Below are positions 8,611 to 16,943 of a stretch of DNA of 32,961 nt, piece after piece. The position numbers were made by a program, and so were the translations under genes. Position 1 is the first letter of the stretch. Every line of letters begins with the position of its first letter. The notes under the pieces are model-generated. The model saw nothing but the letters and a program-made list of their open reading frames with translations. It was not told where the DNA came from and made no database searches. This DNA comes from Candidatus Krumholzibacteriia bacterium. GTDB taxonomy: Bacteria > Krumholzibacteriota > Krumholzibacteriia > WVZY01. The stretch spans positions 1 to 32,961 of the forward strand of contig JAZGDW010000009.1 of the NCBI GenBank assembly GCA_036478295.1. Direction: 5' to 3'.

Positions 8611-10977
8611 ATGAGCGCTGAACATTTCAATCGTGGGGCGGGCCGCGACATTTTCGAGCACGCGGTGACCACGCTTGAGCTCGTGTCCGTTGCGGAGAAC
8701 ATCTGCCGGCGGTGCCGTAATGAGGGCGCAAGGGAGCTCGTGCGGGCGCTGAGGCCGCAAACCGACCGCGGATGGATAGAAGAGAGTCTCGCTGAGATCG
8801 CCGAGGCCCGAGAATTTCAGGAGCGCCACGGCCGGCTCCCCATGCCCGATACCTCGGCGCGGCGCTGGTTCGACCGCGAAGCGCGAGACGCGATCCCGGC
8901 GGAAGGCCTGCTCGAGATTGCCGCCCTCGAGCGGTCGGTCGCCGAGCTGCGACGGAATGTGGAGAGGGAAGAACCTGCGTATGCACGGTTACGGCAGGGG
9001 GTCTCGGGGCTGCGGCCGCAGGAAGAGCTGGTGAAGGCTATCGACGGCGCCCTCGAGCGAGACGGCGAGATCAAGGACAAGGCCAGCCCGGAGCTCAAGC
9101 GGCTGCGCTCACGCCTGCGGCGGACCCGCGAGGATATCCGTGCCTTCGCCGCCAACCTGGCCAGGTCTCTGGGGACTCCGGACGACGCCACCTTCGACGG
9201 GAGCCGCTACATGCTCGTCGTGCCGCGCGAGAAGTGCCAGCGCAGGGAAGGCATCGTGCATTCCACATCGCACTCTGGTGGATCGCTCTACTTCGAGCCG
9301 TTTTCCCTCGTTGAGAAGAACAATGCGCTCGGGACCCTGCAGAGCGATGCGGGGGCGGAAGAGGCACGGATCCTGGCGGGGCTGATAGACCGGGTGGAGG
9401 CCGCGCGGGAAGAGCTCTTGTCGAACGTCACCATCGTCGAGCGGTTGGACGCCCTCAGCGCGAAGGCGGCCTTCGCCGCCGAGTTCCGCTGCGTGAACCC
9501 CGTGATGCCCGCGGACGGGCCACTGAGGCTGATGGCCGCCAGGCACCCGCTGCTAGAGCTGTCGGTCGGCGCCGAAAGCCCGCCGCGCGAGGTCGTTCCG
9601 CTGGACCTGCGACTTGACCGGGCAGAGCGAGTGCTGGTGATTACCGGTCCCAACGCCGGTGGCAAGACCGTGGCGCTGAAGACCGTGGGGCTGCTGGTTC
9701 TCATGCATCAAAGCGGACTGCCGGTACCGTGCGCCGAGGGCACCGAGTTGGCGCTCTTCGACAAAATCTATGCGGACATCGGTGACGAGCAGTCAATCTC
9801 CTCGTCGCTCAGTACCTTTACATCGCACCTGCGACATCTCGATGTGATGTGCAGGACCGCGGACGAGAATACACTTTGTCTTATCGACGAGATAGGCGAC
9901 GGCACAGACCCGGACGAGGGGGCGGCGCTGGCGATCGCGTCGCTGGAGAGGTTGCAGTCGACGCGGGCGGTGGTGATTGCCAGCACGCATTATGGAAAGG
10001 TGAAATCATTTGCGCTTCGCAGCGATGGGGTCGGTAACGCATCGATGGTGTTCGATGACGAGAACGACCGGCCGCTGTACCGTTTGCTGCAGGGGACCGC
10101 GGGTCGCAGCCGGGGGATCGAAACCGCCCGGCGGCTCGATTTTTTCGGGCCGGTGGTAGAGCGCGCGCAGGCGATGGTGGGAAGGGAAGCGTTCCGGCTG
10201 GAGCAGCTGCTCAGCGAGCTCGAGTCCACCCGGATCGCGGTGGATCGTGAACGTGACGCCTTGAGGAACCAGTCGCAACGACTGAACACGCTGATCGAAT
10301 CGTACGACGAAAAAGTCCATAAAATGGAGGAATACGAGGGCGAGCAACGTAAAAAAATACGGAAAGAAGCCGAGGAGGTTCTCCTGGTTGCGCGCAAGGA
10401 AGTGGAGGCCATCGTAAAACAGATCAGGGAAACCGATGCCGCACGGCACGCGGTACGGGCCGGGCACGAGCGCATCGGCCGCATGGCCGAAGAACTGACG
10501 TCCGTCCCACAGCCCGCCCGCCATGCCCAACGCCTGGCTGTCGGGGACATCGTCTCCCTGAGTCCATCCGGGAGACCGTGTGGACCCGTGTTGTCGATTC
10601 AGGGAGACAGGGCGAAAGTCGAGATAAACGGCAAGATCATCAGCGCGGATTCTGGAAACCTGTACCAGGTAGAGCCGGAGCCCGCCGCCAAGCCCGCGTG
10701 GCCGGTTGACATCGAGGTGAGCGTCGAACCGCTTGCCACCACGCAGGTGGACGTGCGCGGCAGGGACCGCGAAGAGGCCCTGGCGGCCGTGGATCGATTC
10801 ATCGACAGCGCCGTCATGAACGCGATTCGGGAAATCACCATCATTCACGGTGTCGGCGAGCGCGTCCTGCAAAAGGCGATCCGGTCCCAGTTGGGGAACG
10901 ACTCCCGCATCGGGTCCGTCCGCTCGGGCGAGGCGTCCGAGGGCGGCCCGGGCGTCACCATCGCAAGACTGAACTAG
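8611..10977 (+). CDS. mutS2: MutS2 family protein (MutS ATPase plus Smr domain)
   Basis: ARHPLL, ITGPNAGGKT, DIGDEQSI, LSTFTSH, DEIGDGTDPDEGAALA, and C-terminal Smr (DVRG, IIHGVG, EGGPGVT). Confidence 0.95.
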   Translation: MSAEHFNRGAGRDIFEHAVTTLELVSVAENICRRCRNEGARELVRALRPQTDRGWIEESLAEIAEAREFQERHGRLPMPDTSARRWFDREARDAIPAEGLLEIAALERSVAELRRNVEREEPAYARLRQGVSGLRPQEELVKAIDGALERDGEIKDKASPELKRLRSRLRRTREDIRAFAANLARSLGTPDDATFDGSRYMLVVPREKCQRREGIVHSTSHSGGSLYFEPFSLVEKNNALGTLQSDAGAEEARILAGLIDRVEAAREELLSNVTIVERLDALSAKAAFAAEFRCVNPVMPADGPLRLMAARHPLLELSVGAESPPREVVPLDLRLDRAERVLVITGPNAGGKTVALKTVGLLVLMHQSGLPVPCAEGTELALFDKIYADIGDEQSISSSLSTFTSHLRHLDVMCRTADENTLCLIDEIGDGTDPDEGAALAIASLERLQSTRAVVIASTHYGKVKSFALRSDGVGNASMVFDDENDRPLYRLLQGTAGRSRGIETARRLDFFGPVVERAQAMVGREAFRLEQLLSELESTRIAVDRERDALRNQSQRLNTLIESYDEKVHKMEEYEGEQRKKIRKEAEEVLLVARKEVEAIVKQIRETDAARHAVRAGHERIGRMAEELTSVPQPARHAQRLAVGDIVSLSPSGRPCGPVLSIQGDRAKVEINGKIISADSGNLYQVEPEPAAKPAWPVDIEVSVEPLATTQVDVRGRDREEALAAVDRFIDSAVMNAIREITIIHGVGERVLQKAIRSQLGNDSRIGSVRSGEASEGGPGVTIARLN

Positions 10978-10988
10978 GGAGGGGATCG

Positions 10989-12743
10989 TTGCAAATTCCC
11001 GAACAGACCATTAACGAGATCCGCGACCGTGCCGATATCGCGGAGGTGGTCTCGCGCTTTGTCGATCTGCGCCGGAGCGGTTCGAACTACAAGGGCCTGT
11101 GCCCGTTTCACGAGGAGAAAACGCCGAGCTTCAACGTCAACCCTGACCGGCAGATCTTCCACTGTTTCGGCTGTGGGCAGGGTGGGAACGTCTTCACGTT
11201 TCTCATGGAAATGGAGGGGATCTCGTTCCCCGACGCGGTCCGCCGGTTGGGCAGCGAGTACGGTGTCGAGGTCGCGACCGATGACCGGCCGGATCCCGAC
11301 CGCTCGCGTAACGAAATGCTCTACCGCGTCAACGATTTCGCCGCCCGCTGGTACCACCGCAACCTAACCGACAAGCGGACCGGCGCCCCGGCCCGGGACT
11401 ACCTGAAATCGAGGGGGGTTCCGGAGGAGGCGTGGAAGACATTCCAGCTCGGGTACGCCGGCGAAGGGTGGGACGCTTTTGTGGCAACGGCCAGGCGCAA
11501 GGAGATTCCCCTCGATGTCTCTCAGAAACTCAAACTTATTGTAGCTCGTGATAAATCATCGGGTTACTACGACTACTTCAGGAAGCGCCTCATGTTTCCC
11601 ATCCTGTCGCATGCCGGGCGGGTGGTGGGTTTCGGCGGGCGCACGCTGGACCCGGATGGGGAGCCGAAATACCTCAATTCGGTGGAGAGCCCGATTTATG
11701 CCAAGCGACAGATTCTCTACGGCGTACCCCAGGCCCGGGAGGCCATCCGCTCGGAGCGGTGCGTGCTCCTGGTGGAAGGATACCTGGATTGTATCTCCCT
11801 GCACGCTCACGGTATCCGGCACGTCGTCGCCAGCTGCGGGACGGCGATCAGCCACGACCACGCGGTTCTCCTCCGGCGCTTGACACGTCGCGTCGTGCTC
11901 GTACCCGACGCCGACACGGCCGGTACGGACTCGGCCCTGGTGGCGGGCTCGGTATTCGTGGCTTCGGGGTTGGATGTCGAGGTGGTGGCCCTCGGTGAAG
12001 GGACCGATCCGGACACGGCGATTCGGGCCGTTGGGGGGGAGGAATTTCAAAAAAAAATGTCCGGCGGAATGGAATATTTGCAATACCTGGACTATATTAT
12101 GGGGGATAAGGATATGACGCCTCGCAAGAAGGAGGCGATCGTGCAACGCGTGACCGCCGGGCTCGGGGATGAGCGGGACCGGTTGCGTTACGAGATGATA
12201 ACCCGGGACTTCGCTCGAGTCCTGGGGGTGGATCCGGAGAGCCTGCGCCGCAGACCGGCCTCCACCAGGGCCGGCCGGTCGGCTGAGCAAGCACGGGGAG
12301 AAGAAATCGGCGCCGACCGGGGCCAACGCCCGCGGTGGGAGAAAATGCTGCTTCGGCTTCTACTGGAGACGACGCCGGAGACAGCCGCGGCACGGGACCG
12401 AATCGATGCCGATGATTTTTCGAACGAAAGCTGTCGTGAATTCTACAAACTGCTTGACTCGGCTTGGGAAAACCACATTGATGTAGGCAGCCGTAAATTT
12501 CAGCAAGATGCAGAAAAGGCGGGATTAGAAGCGTTTGCCGCAGAAATCTCCCTCATCCCGCCACCTCCAGGAACTCCAGGGATACTTCTCAAAGATACTG
12601 TGCGGAGGGTGAAAGAACTCCAAATCCGCGACGAGCTAAATGCGCTCCGAGAGAAGCTGCAGGAATTGCCGGAGGAAAGCGAAGATGCGGTGGCTGTGGC
12701 GGAACACTACGCCCGTTTGAAGCGGGCCTTGTCAGAACTCTGA
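10989..12743 (+). CDS. dnaG: DNA primase
   Basis: CPFHEEKTPSF..FHCFGC zinc finger, PKYLNS, TOPRIM VEGYLD; TTG start with GGAGG RBS. Confidence 0.97.
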   Translation: MQIPEQTINEIRDRADIAEVVSRFVDLRRSGSNYKGLCPFHEEKTPSFNVNPDRQIFHCFGCGQGGNVFTFLMEMEGISFPDAVRRLGSEYGVEVATDDRPDPDRSRNEMLYRVNDFAARWYHRNLTDKRTGAPARDYLKSRGVPEEAWKTFQLGYAGEGWDAFVATARRKEIPLDVSQKLKLIVARDKSSGYYDYFRKRLMFPILSHAGRVVGFGGRTLDPDGEPKYLNSVESPIYAKRQILYGVPQAREAIRSERCVLLVEGYLDCISLHAHGIRHVVASCGTAISHDHAVLLRRLTRRVVLVPDADTAGTDSALVAGSVFVASGLDVEVVALGEGTDPDTAIRAVGGEEFQKKMSGGMEYLQYLDYIMGDKDMTPRKKEAIVQRVTAGLGDERDRLRYEMITRDFARVLGVDPESLRRRPASTRAGRSAEQARGEEIGADRGQRPRWEKMLLRLLLETTPETAAARDRIDADDFSNESCREFYKLLDSAWENHIDVGSRKFQQDAEKAGLEAFAAEISLIPPPPGTPGILLKDTVRRVKELQIRDELNALREKLQELPEESEDAVAVAEHYARLKRALSEL

Positions 12744-12757
12744 TACTGAGGTGTTGA

Positions 12758-14506
12758 ATGGACAAATTTGAAGACGTGTTGGAAGATATTCGCCGGGTGG
12801 CGGAAGACAAGGGCTATATCCTGACCCACGAGATCGACGCGCTCGTAGGGAATGAGTTTTCTCCCGAAGACATTGTGGTTCTTTACGACCGTCTCAGTGA
12901 AGACAAAATTGACTACTTCGACTCGCCCGAAAAGGCCCGGCTCAAGATGGAGGCCAAGAAGCGCCGCGAGGAGAAGGAAGAAACCAAGCCCGATGATGGC
13001 CTCAAGGCGACCATCCGGTACGATGACCCGGTGCGCATGTACCTGCGCGAGATGGGGAAAGTACCCCTGCTCGACCGTCAGGGTGAGGTCACGCTGGCCA
13101 AGCGCATCGAAGAGGGTGGGCTGATGATTGCGCGGGCGGTCCTGTCGCTGGACAGCCCGATCCGCGAACTTCAGTCGCTGGCGAGCCAGGTCGAAAGGGA
13201 GGAGATGCGTCTCGACGAGGTGATCCAGGTCGAGACGGGTGGACTTCATCCACACTACACGGGTAAGAAGGAGCGGCAAGCCCGCTTTCGTCCGGTAAAG
13301 CGCATCGCACAACTTCGCAAGGAGATCGTCGAATTCCAGAGAAAGGCGAAGCTCAAGAAAAACGCTGCCAAGCGTCCCAGCCTCGAGCGGTCGATGGAAC
13401 TGCGTCAGGGCAGACTGTTCGAAGAGTACATCAAACTCCACCTCAACCCGAAACAACTCGCGAGAATTGTGGATTGCATCCACGGGACCGTCGAGAACAT
13501 CGGCGAGTTCGAGGCCAAGTTCAAGGAGTACGAGGGTTTCATCGGGCTGACGTTCGTGGAGCTGAGGGAAGCCATCGACAAGCTCAAGAGCTACAAGCGC
13601 CGCCGCAGCATCCGCATCAACGGTAAGGGGCCCTGGTCGCAGGACGTTCTCGAGGATTTCCAAAAGAAGATGAAACTGCTCAGGACGGAAATCCAGAAGA
13701 TCGAGAAATCGGAGAATGTGAGTAGCGCGGAACTCAACAAACTGGTTGCCGACATCCGACGCGGCGAATACCAGCGTGAAAAAGCCAAGCGGGAAATGAT
13801 CGAGGCCAACGTCCGTCTCGTGATTGCCATCGCGAAACGTTACACCAACCGGGGGCTCGAGTTCCTCGACCTCATCCAGGAGGGAAACAGCGGGCTGATG
13901 CGCGCGGTGGACAAGTTCGACTATCGCAAGGGGTACAAGTTCAGCACCTATGCGACCTGGTGGATCCGCCAGGCGATCACCCGTGCGATCGCCGATCAGG
14001 CGCGCACCATCCGCGTGCCGGTTCACATGATCGAGGCGATCAATAAGGTGTCGCGGACAGCGAGGAAGCTTGTCCAGGAGAACGGCCGCGATCCGACCCC
14101 CGAAGAGGTGGCGAAAAAGCTGCAGTATCCGGTTGATAAGGTCAAGAGCGTTATGAAGGCCAGCATGGAGCCAATTTCGCTCGACCGGCCGATTGGAGAA
14201 GACGAGGACAGCAACCTTTCCGATTTTATCGAAGACACCGGCGCCGCGTCACCGGCGCAGACCGCGGCGCACGCGATGCTCCGCGAACAACTGACCAAGG
14301 TGCTCAGCACGCTGACCCGGCGCGAGGAAAAGGTCATCAGACTCCGCTTCGGTCTGGGAGACGGCACGCCGCGAACGCTCGAGGAAGTAGGGACTATCTT
14401 CAACGTGACCCGCGAGCGCGTTCGCCAGATCGAGGCCAAAGCTCTCAAGAAGCTGCAGCACCCGAGCAGGGCGAGGAAGCTGAAAGGTTACACGGAAATA
14501 GTATGA
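12758..14506 (+). CDS. rpoD: Primary RNA polymerase sigma factor RpoD
   Basis: [60 protein letters not shown]. Confidence 0.98.
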   Translation: MDKFEDVLEDIRRVAEDKGYILTHEIDALVGNEFSPEDIVVLYDRLSEDKIDYFDSPEKARLKMEAKKRREEKEETKPDDGLKATIRYDDPVRMYLREMGKVPLLDRQGEVTLAKRIEEGGLMIARAVLSLDSPIRELQSLASQVEREEMRLDEVIQVETGGLHPHYTGKKERQARFRPVKRIAQLRKEIVEFQRKAKLKKNAAKRPSLERSMELRQGRLFEEYIKLHLNPKQLARIVDCIHGTVENIGEFEAKFKEYEGFIGLTFVELREAIDKLKSYKRRRSIRINGKGPWSQDVLEDFQKKMKLLRTEIQKIEKSENVSSAELNKLVADIRRGEYQREKAKREMIEANVRLVIAIAKRYTNRGLEFLDLIQEGNSGLMRAVDKFDYRKGYKFSTYATWWIRQAITRAIADQARTIRVPVHMIEAINKVSRTARKLVQENGRDPTPEEVAKKLQYPVDKVKSVMKASMEPISLDRPIGEDEDSNLSDFIEDTGAASPAQTAAHAMLREQLTKVLSTLTRREEKVIRLRFGLGDGTPRTLEEVGTIFNVTRERVRQIEAKALKKLQHPSRARKLKGYTEIV

Positions 14507-14533
14507 GCCAGCCGCTGAACACGGGCGAAAGGG

Positions 14534-14609
14534 GGGCCCATAGCTCAGTGGTTAGAGCCGCCGGCTCATAACCGGCTGGTCCTAGGTTCGATCCCTAGTG
14601 GGCCCACCA
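14534..14609 (+). tRNA. tRNA with CAT anticodon, most likely tRNA-Ile2 (lysidine type)
   Basis: Cloverleaf with GGGCCCA/TGGGCCC acceptor stem, CCGG-CTCATAA-CCGG anticodon arm, GGTTCGATCC T arm and encoded CCA. It has a paired 1-72 and no initiator GGG/CCC anticodon stem; its position after rpoD matches E. coli ileX. Confidence 0.93.
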
Positions 14610-14617
14610 TTTTTGAG

Positions 14618-14649
14618 AGCCCCTCCATCACCGGAGGGGCTTTTCGTTT
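14618..14649 (+). terminator. Intrinsic terminator after the tRNA
   Basis: AGCCCCTCC-atcacc-GGAGGGGCT followed by TTTCGTTT. Confidence 0.8.
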
Positions 14650-14681
14650 GGCCCAGCCACCCCGCCCAGTAGCGGCCCGTT

Positions 14682-14875
14682 GGCGGTGCCGTTGAATGGT
14701 TGACGAGCCGTCCGCGGGAGCGAGCGAGGATCAGCCGCGGCCCGATTCGGGTCCTGTCAGCGAACAGCCCGTCCGTGCTCGCAGGCTGCGCGCGGCCGGG
14801 CACCCGTTCGCTACCACCCGCATCGGGCCGTGGGTAGCGGAGCGCGGCTCGGAGACCACTCAACACGGCACCGCC
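14682..14875. ncRNA. Candidate rod-shaped structured RNA or long imperfect inverted repeat (6S-like size)
   Basis: Nine nested, collinear complementary segments with an asymmetric internal loop; see findings. Confidence 0.4.
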
Positions 14876-14909
14876 TGTCGCATCTATGGCGGTGTGGCCC
14901 GGTTAGCAC

Positions 14910-14939
14910 TTGACTTGGTGAGGTGCGGTGAATTAGAGT
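14910..14939 (+). promoter_or_regulatory. Candidate sigma-70 promoter
   Basis: TTGACT (14910-14915), 18 bp, TAGAGT (14934-14939). Confidence 0.55.
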
Positions 14940-15057
14940 CTCCATTTCCGGTGCCGTCGGGCATCGGCAGGGGGCTGAGATCATCAGGATGCGGTTTTTC
15001 ATTCGAAATAATCGAGACTGCGCGACGGACGCAAGTTCCGGCTGCGCGGGGAACCTT

Positions 15058-15093
15058 TGAGCTTCTCTTGACGAAGAGAAGCTCATTTTTTTT
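15058..15093 (+). terminator. Strong intrinsic terminator directly before the zinc-ribbon gene
   Basis: Perfect 12-bp stem TGAGCTTCTCTT-gacg-AAGAGAAGCTCA followed by T8. Confidence 0.85.
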
Positions 15094-15101
15094 GGGTGGC
15101 A

Positions 15102-15818
15102 ATGACCGAAACTCAACGTGACCTGGGCGTGCTGGTAGCGGTTGCGAAGTTGGACGTGCGGCTCAACGGCTGCCGGCTCGAACTCGGACTTCTGCCGGAC
15201 AAGATCGCACGCCTGCGCAGGACGCTGGAGGACATCGTCAGCGCGGAAGCATCCGCGGAGGAACGCTTGAAAAGCGGGGTCCACGAGCGCCGCTCGCTGG
15301 AGCAACAAGTGGAAGACAACGCCGAGCGGATCAAGAAATACAAGACCCAGCTGATGGAGGTAAAGACCAACAAAGAGTACACGGCGATGCTTCATGAAAT
15401 CAGCCACGTTGAGAGTGATACCGACGCCAAGGAGGAACGCCTCCTCATTTTGATGGATGAGCTGGATCAGCTGACCGAGTCCAACGAAAAGGACGGGCAG
15501 GAGACCTCCAGGCGGAAGAAGGAGCTATCGGCGGAAAGCGAGCAGCTCGAGGAAAGGGTGCGCGCGCTGAACGAGACCATCGAGAAGCTGGAGGCGGAGA
15601 AGCCGGGAGTGCTTTCGGGGCTCAACCCGAGGATCAAGAGACAATACGAACGGGTTCTCGCCAAGATGAACGATTTCGCCGTGGCGAACGTGGAGGACGA
15701 TGTCTGCCAGGGATGCTTTGCGCGCATCCCACCCCAGACGTCAGTGGAAGTAAGGCAGAACGCCCGTATCATAACCTGCGAGGCGTGCGGCAGAATCCTG
15801 GTGCACTACGATGCCTAG
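15102..15818 (+). CDS. Coiled-coil C4-type zinc ribbon protein (DUF164 / CT398-HP0958-like)
   Basis: Long coiled coil with KTNKEY, then C-terminal CQGC...CEACGRIL. Start is ATG 15102 or GTG 15096. Confidence 0.9.
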   Translation: MTETQRDLGVLVAVAKLDVRLNGCRLELGLLPDKIARLRRTLEDIVSAEASAEERLKSGVHERRSLEQQVEDNAERIKKYKTQLMEVKTNKEYTAMLHEISHVESDTDAKEERLLILMDELDQLTESNEKDGQETSRRKKELSAESEQLEERVRALNETIEKLEAEKPGVLSGLNPRIKRQYERVLAKMNDFAVANVEDDVCQGCFARIPPQTSVEVRQNARIITCEACGRILVHYDA

Positions 15819-16404
15819 GGGTGACGGTCCCGCCACCGATCCGCTTATCGGCCTGCTGCAGGCACTGCAGGATGGTGCGGGCATCGACGGTGCTCTCCAG
15901 CGGGCGGGACTCGATGCGGCGTCCGCGCTCGACCTCCTCGACAGCTTGAAAGAAAGAGTCGCCGCCTGCACCGTACGGTCCTCAGGTGCCGCGCCCCGAC
16001 CGGGCCGTCTGATCGCGTATTCCGATGGAGCCTCACGCGGCAATCCCGGGCCCGCCGCGTGCGCCGTCATTGTTACCGATGGGGCCGGTGAGGAGCTCCT
16101 TCGACGATCGAAACGCCTGGGAGTGGCGACCAATAACGTGGCGGAGTACCAGGGGGTGCGCCTGGCTCTTGAGCTGTTCAAAGAGTTGGGCGCCGACGAT
16201 GTGGTGGTGAAGCTGGATAGCGAGCTCGTCGTCAAGCAGTTGAATAACGAGTTCAAAGTAAAACACCCGTCTCTGAAGCCGCTTTTCGAACAGACCAGGG
16301 CACTCATGCGGGAGATCTCCGCCGTTAAGATCCAGTACATACCGCGAGCGGAGAACAAGGCGGCCGATCGTCTGGCCAACGACGCGCTGGACGGAAAAGC
16401 GTGA
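15811..16404 (+). CDS. Ribonuclease HI family protein with N-terminal extension
   Basis: YSDGASRGNPGPA, TNNVAEY, DSELVVKQ, PRAENKAADRLAN. Confidence 0.92.
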   Translation: MPRGDGPATDPLIGLLQALQDGAGIDGALQRAGLDAASALDLLDSLKERVAACTVRSSGAAPRPGRLIAYSDGASRGNPGPAACAVIVTDGAGEELLRRSKRLGVATNNVAEYQGVRLALELFKELGADDVVVKLDSELVVKQLNNEFKVKHPSLKPLFEQTRALMREISAVKIQYIPRAENKAADRLANDALDGKA

Positions 16405-16406
16405 GC

Positions 16407-16435
16407 TTGCGTGGCTCGCGGGTTGGGTGTATCTT
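16407..16435 (+). promoter_or_regulatory. Sigma-70-type promoter of rnpB
   Basis: TTGCGT (16407-16412), 17 bp, TATCTT (16430-16435), just upstream of the RNase P RNA. Confidence 0.6.
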
Positions 16436-16447
16436 TCCCTCTGGATC

Positions 16448-16824
16448 GGGTGCCGAGCAGGACAGACGGCCGCGGGCGCCTTTCAGGTGTCCGAGGAAAG
16501 TCCGAGCTCCTCGAGGCAGGGTGCTGGCTAACGGCCAGTGGAAGTGATTCCAAGGAAAGTGCCACAGAAAAAATACCGCCGACGCCGCGGGCGACCGCGG
16601 CAGGTAAGGGTGAAAAGGTGAGGTAAGAGCTCACCGGTACCGTTGGTGACAGCGGTACCCTGGTAAACCCCACCCGGTGCAAGACCAAATAGGAGGGGAG
16701 AAGCCGCCTCGCTTCGCTCGACCCTCGGGTTGGTCGCACGAGGTGTCTGGTAACAGGCATCCTAGATAAATGGCCGTCACCCCTTCGGGGGAACAAAACT
16801 CGGCTTACGGACTGCTCGGCACCC
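16448..16824 (+). ncRNA. rnpB: RNase P RNA, bacterial type A
   Basis: GAGGAAAGTCCGAGCT, AGTGCCACAGAAA, GGTAAACCCCACCCGGTGCAAG, ACAAAACTCGGCTTA; terminal helix GGGTGCCGAGCAG/CTGCTCGGCACCC. Confidence 0.97.
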
Positions 16825-16895
16825 ATGATCTCAACGTCCGGGATTGTGAACCATTTCATATTCCCGCCGCTTTCTGGAGTTAGCGGCCGGCATGG

Positions 16896-16920
16896 ACCCC
16901 GCTCGCCCGCGGGGTTTTTT
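16896..16920 (+). terminator. Intrinsic terminator after rnpB
   Basis: ACCCCGC-tcgccc-GCGGGGT followed by TTTTT. Confidence 0.75.
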
Positions 16921-16943
16921 GAAGACGAGCCCTATCGACGACC

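Noticed and set aside
12707..14026. 439-aa antisense ORF over rpoD (similar ones over recJ at 16953-18632 and the dehydrogenase at 25052-26677)
   Set aside because: Shadow ORFs opposite well-supported genes; no recognisable motifs.
14534..14700. tRNA as an integration site for an island or prophage
   Set aside because: No integrase and no duplicated tRNA 3' end was noticed; the flanking genes are core housekeeping genes.
14691..14908. Possible integron attC (GTTGAAT, ACTCAAC, GTTAGCA boxes)
   Set aside because: Box order is reversed for the long hairpin, the alternative pairing is too short and imperfect, and there is no integrase or cassette array.
14903..14929. CIRCE-like half-site TTAGCACTT
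   Set aside because: The left arm matches 8/9, but the right arm at 9-bp spacing (AGGTGCGGT) matches only 4/9, and it is not upstream of a chaperone gene.
14969..14990. GGGGGCTGAGA resembling a tmRNA 5' end or TPP aptamer start
   Set aside because: No tmRNA T-arm/CCA end and no TPP GAACCTGAT...GCGTAGGGAA half.
14696..15121. 141-aa + strand ORF in the tRNA / zinc-ribbon gap
   Set aside because: No RBS or motifs, Arg/Pro/Gly-rich composition, and it runs through a promoter and a strong terminator; better explained as non-coding structure.
15741..16859. 372-aa minus-strand ORF and 16411-16626 + ORF
   Set aside because: They overlap RNase HI and the RNase P RNA; spurious translations.
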